DNA of 63,525 bases, filler included, from Octopus bimaculoides (Eukaryota), in the NCBI RefSeq assembly GCF_001194135.2. It is 4 parts of 4 records of this genome, joined end to end, with 100 filler letters (N's around TTAATTAATTAA, not from the genome) between each part and the next. Parts side by side here need not be neighbours in the genome. Positions count along the whole stretch, not along the records: positions 58,108 to 63,525 come from NC_069004.1; 3 more parts are not named here. One strand, 5' to 3'. The translations under genes and the position numbers were made by a program. Numbering within the stretch: position 1 is the stretch's first letter; each line of letters starts with the position of its first letter. The notes beneath the pieces are model-generated. The model was given only the letters and a program-made list of their open reading frames with translations. It had not been told where the DNA came from and did no database searches. Below, piece by piece: positions 62,905-63,525 of the stretch.

Positions 62905-63525
62905 TACAAAACTATTCCGTAGTCTCTGAAGTTGTGAACCACGTCCTGCGGTGTCCTCGCAACTAATTTCCTGTTTGTAACAAAAAGAAAAATGCGCAAA
63001 TAACAACAAGAACAATAACAAAAACAAAACAAACAGTTACAAAATGTATTGTGGATAATAAATGGCTTCTGATTTAGGTTCAAGAACAGTTATTTTGAAG
63101 AGAGGGGGTTAGACGATACCGTCGACCTCAGCACTTGCGGGATTATTAATATTCTTGCGGGTTTATTAATCACGCAGAGACTTCTTTATTGGTACACCAT
63201 TGAGATTGCTGTTTAAATCCAGTTGTCAGCCTTTATTGAGAAGACATATGAACAGAGTCGTTCCAGCTATGACCATCCCGCAAATTTTATCGGTACTTGG
63301 GACAACGTTATCCAATTTTCTTTTCTTAAAGTGTGTTGAGAAATTTGACCAAGAGATTTGCCAAGAACCACAAGGAATTCGTAAAGAATGTATTGGGTAG
63401 GTGGAACTCGTAGACCAAATTCACTGACGGATGGGTCTTCCAGCCCTCCACCTAGCGGAGTTGCAGAAAACCATGGGAAACATTTTTGACATTGAGGGAA
63501 CACCACCACCACCAGCACCACCACC

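Overview
This is a eukaryotic, AT-rich, microsatellite-saturated draft-assembly window, most likely from an octopus genome. The species call is inferred from the SINE families and microsatellite load and is not proven. About 9.5 kb (~15%) is N, spread over 25 gaps, most of them bordered by (TA)n. Three gaps are artificial 100-nt spacers (44N-TTAATTAATTAA-44N). I find no recognisable host protein-coding exon: nearly all ORFs in the track are translations of microsatellites or N runs. The readable sequence is a mosaic of four or more tRNA-type SINE families with shared modules. It also holds decayed LINEs (two Dong/R4-like REL-endonuclease 3' ends, one RTE/Rex3-like, several CR1/L2-like), a Penelope-like element with a GIY-YIG domain, and Tc1/mariner remnants (two mariner MITEs, a Tigger-like MITE nested next to a mariner N-terminus). 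Probable piggyBac-type MITE and Helitron ends are also present. The most interesting signal is at the RNA level: three type-I hammerhead-ribozyme-like motifs (best at 26685-26738) plus degenerate ones, in short Penelope-like termini that often abut (TA)n. Hammerheads in Penelope-like elements are already known. These particular small elements may be undescribed, but I cannot support a claim of a wholly new biological system. A few well-formed + strand candidate exons (3074-3288, 7672-7735) hint that the window may be intronic to a spliced transcript.
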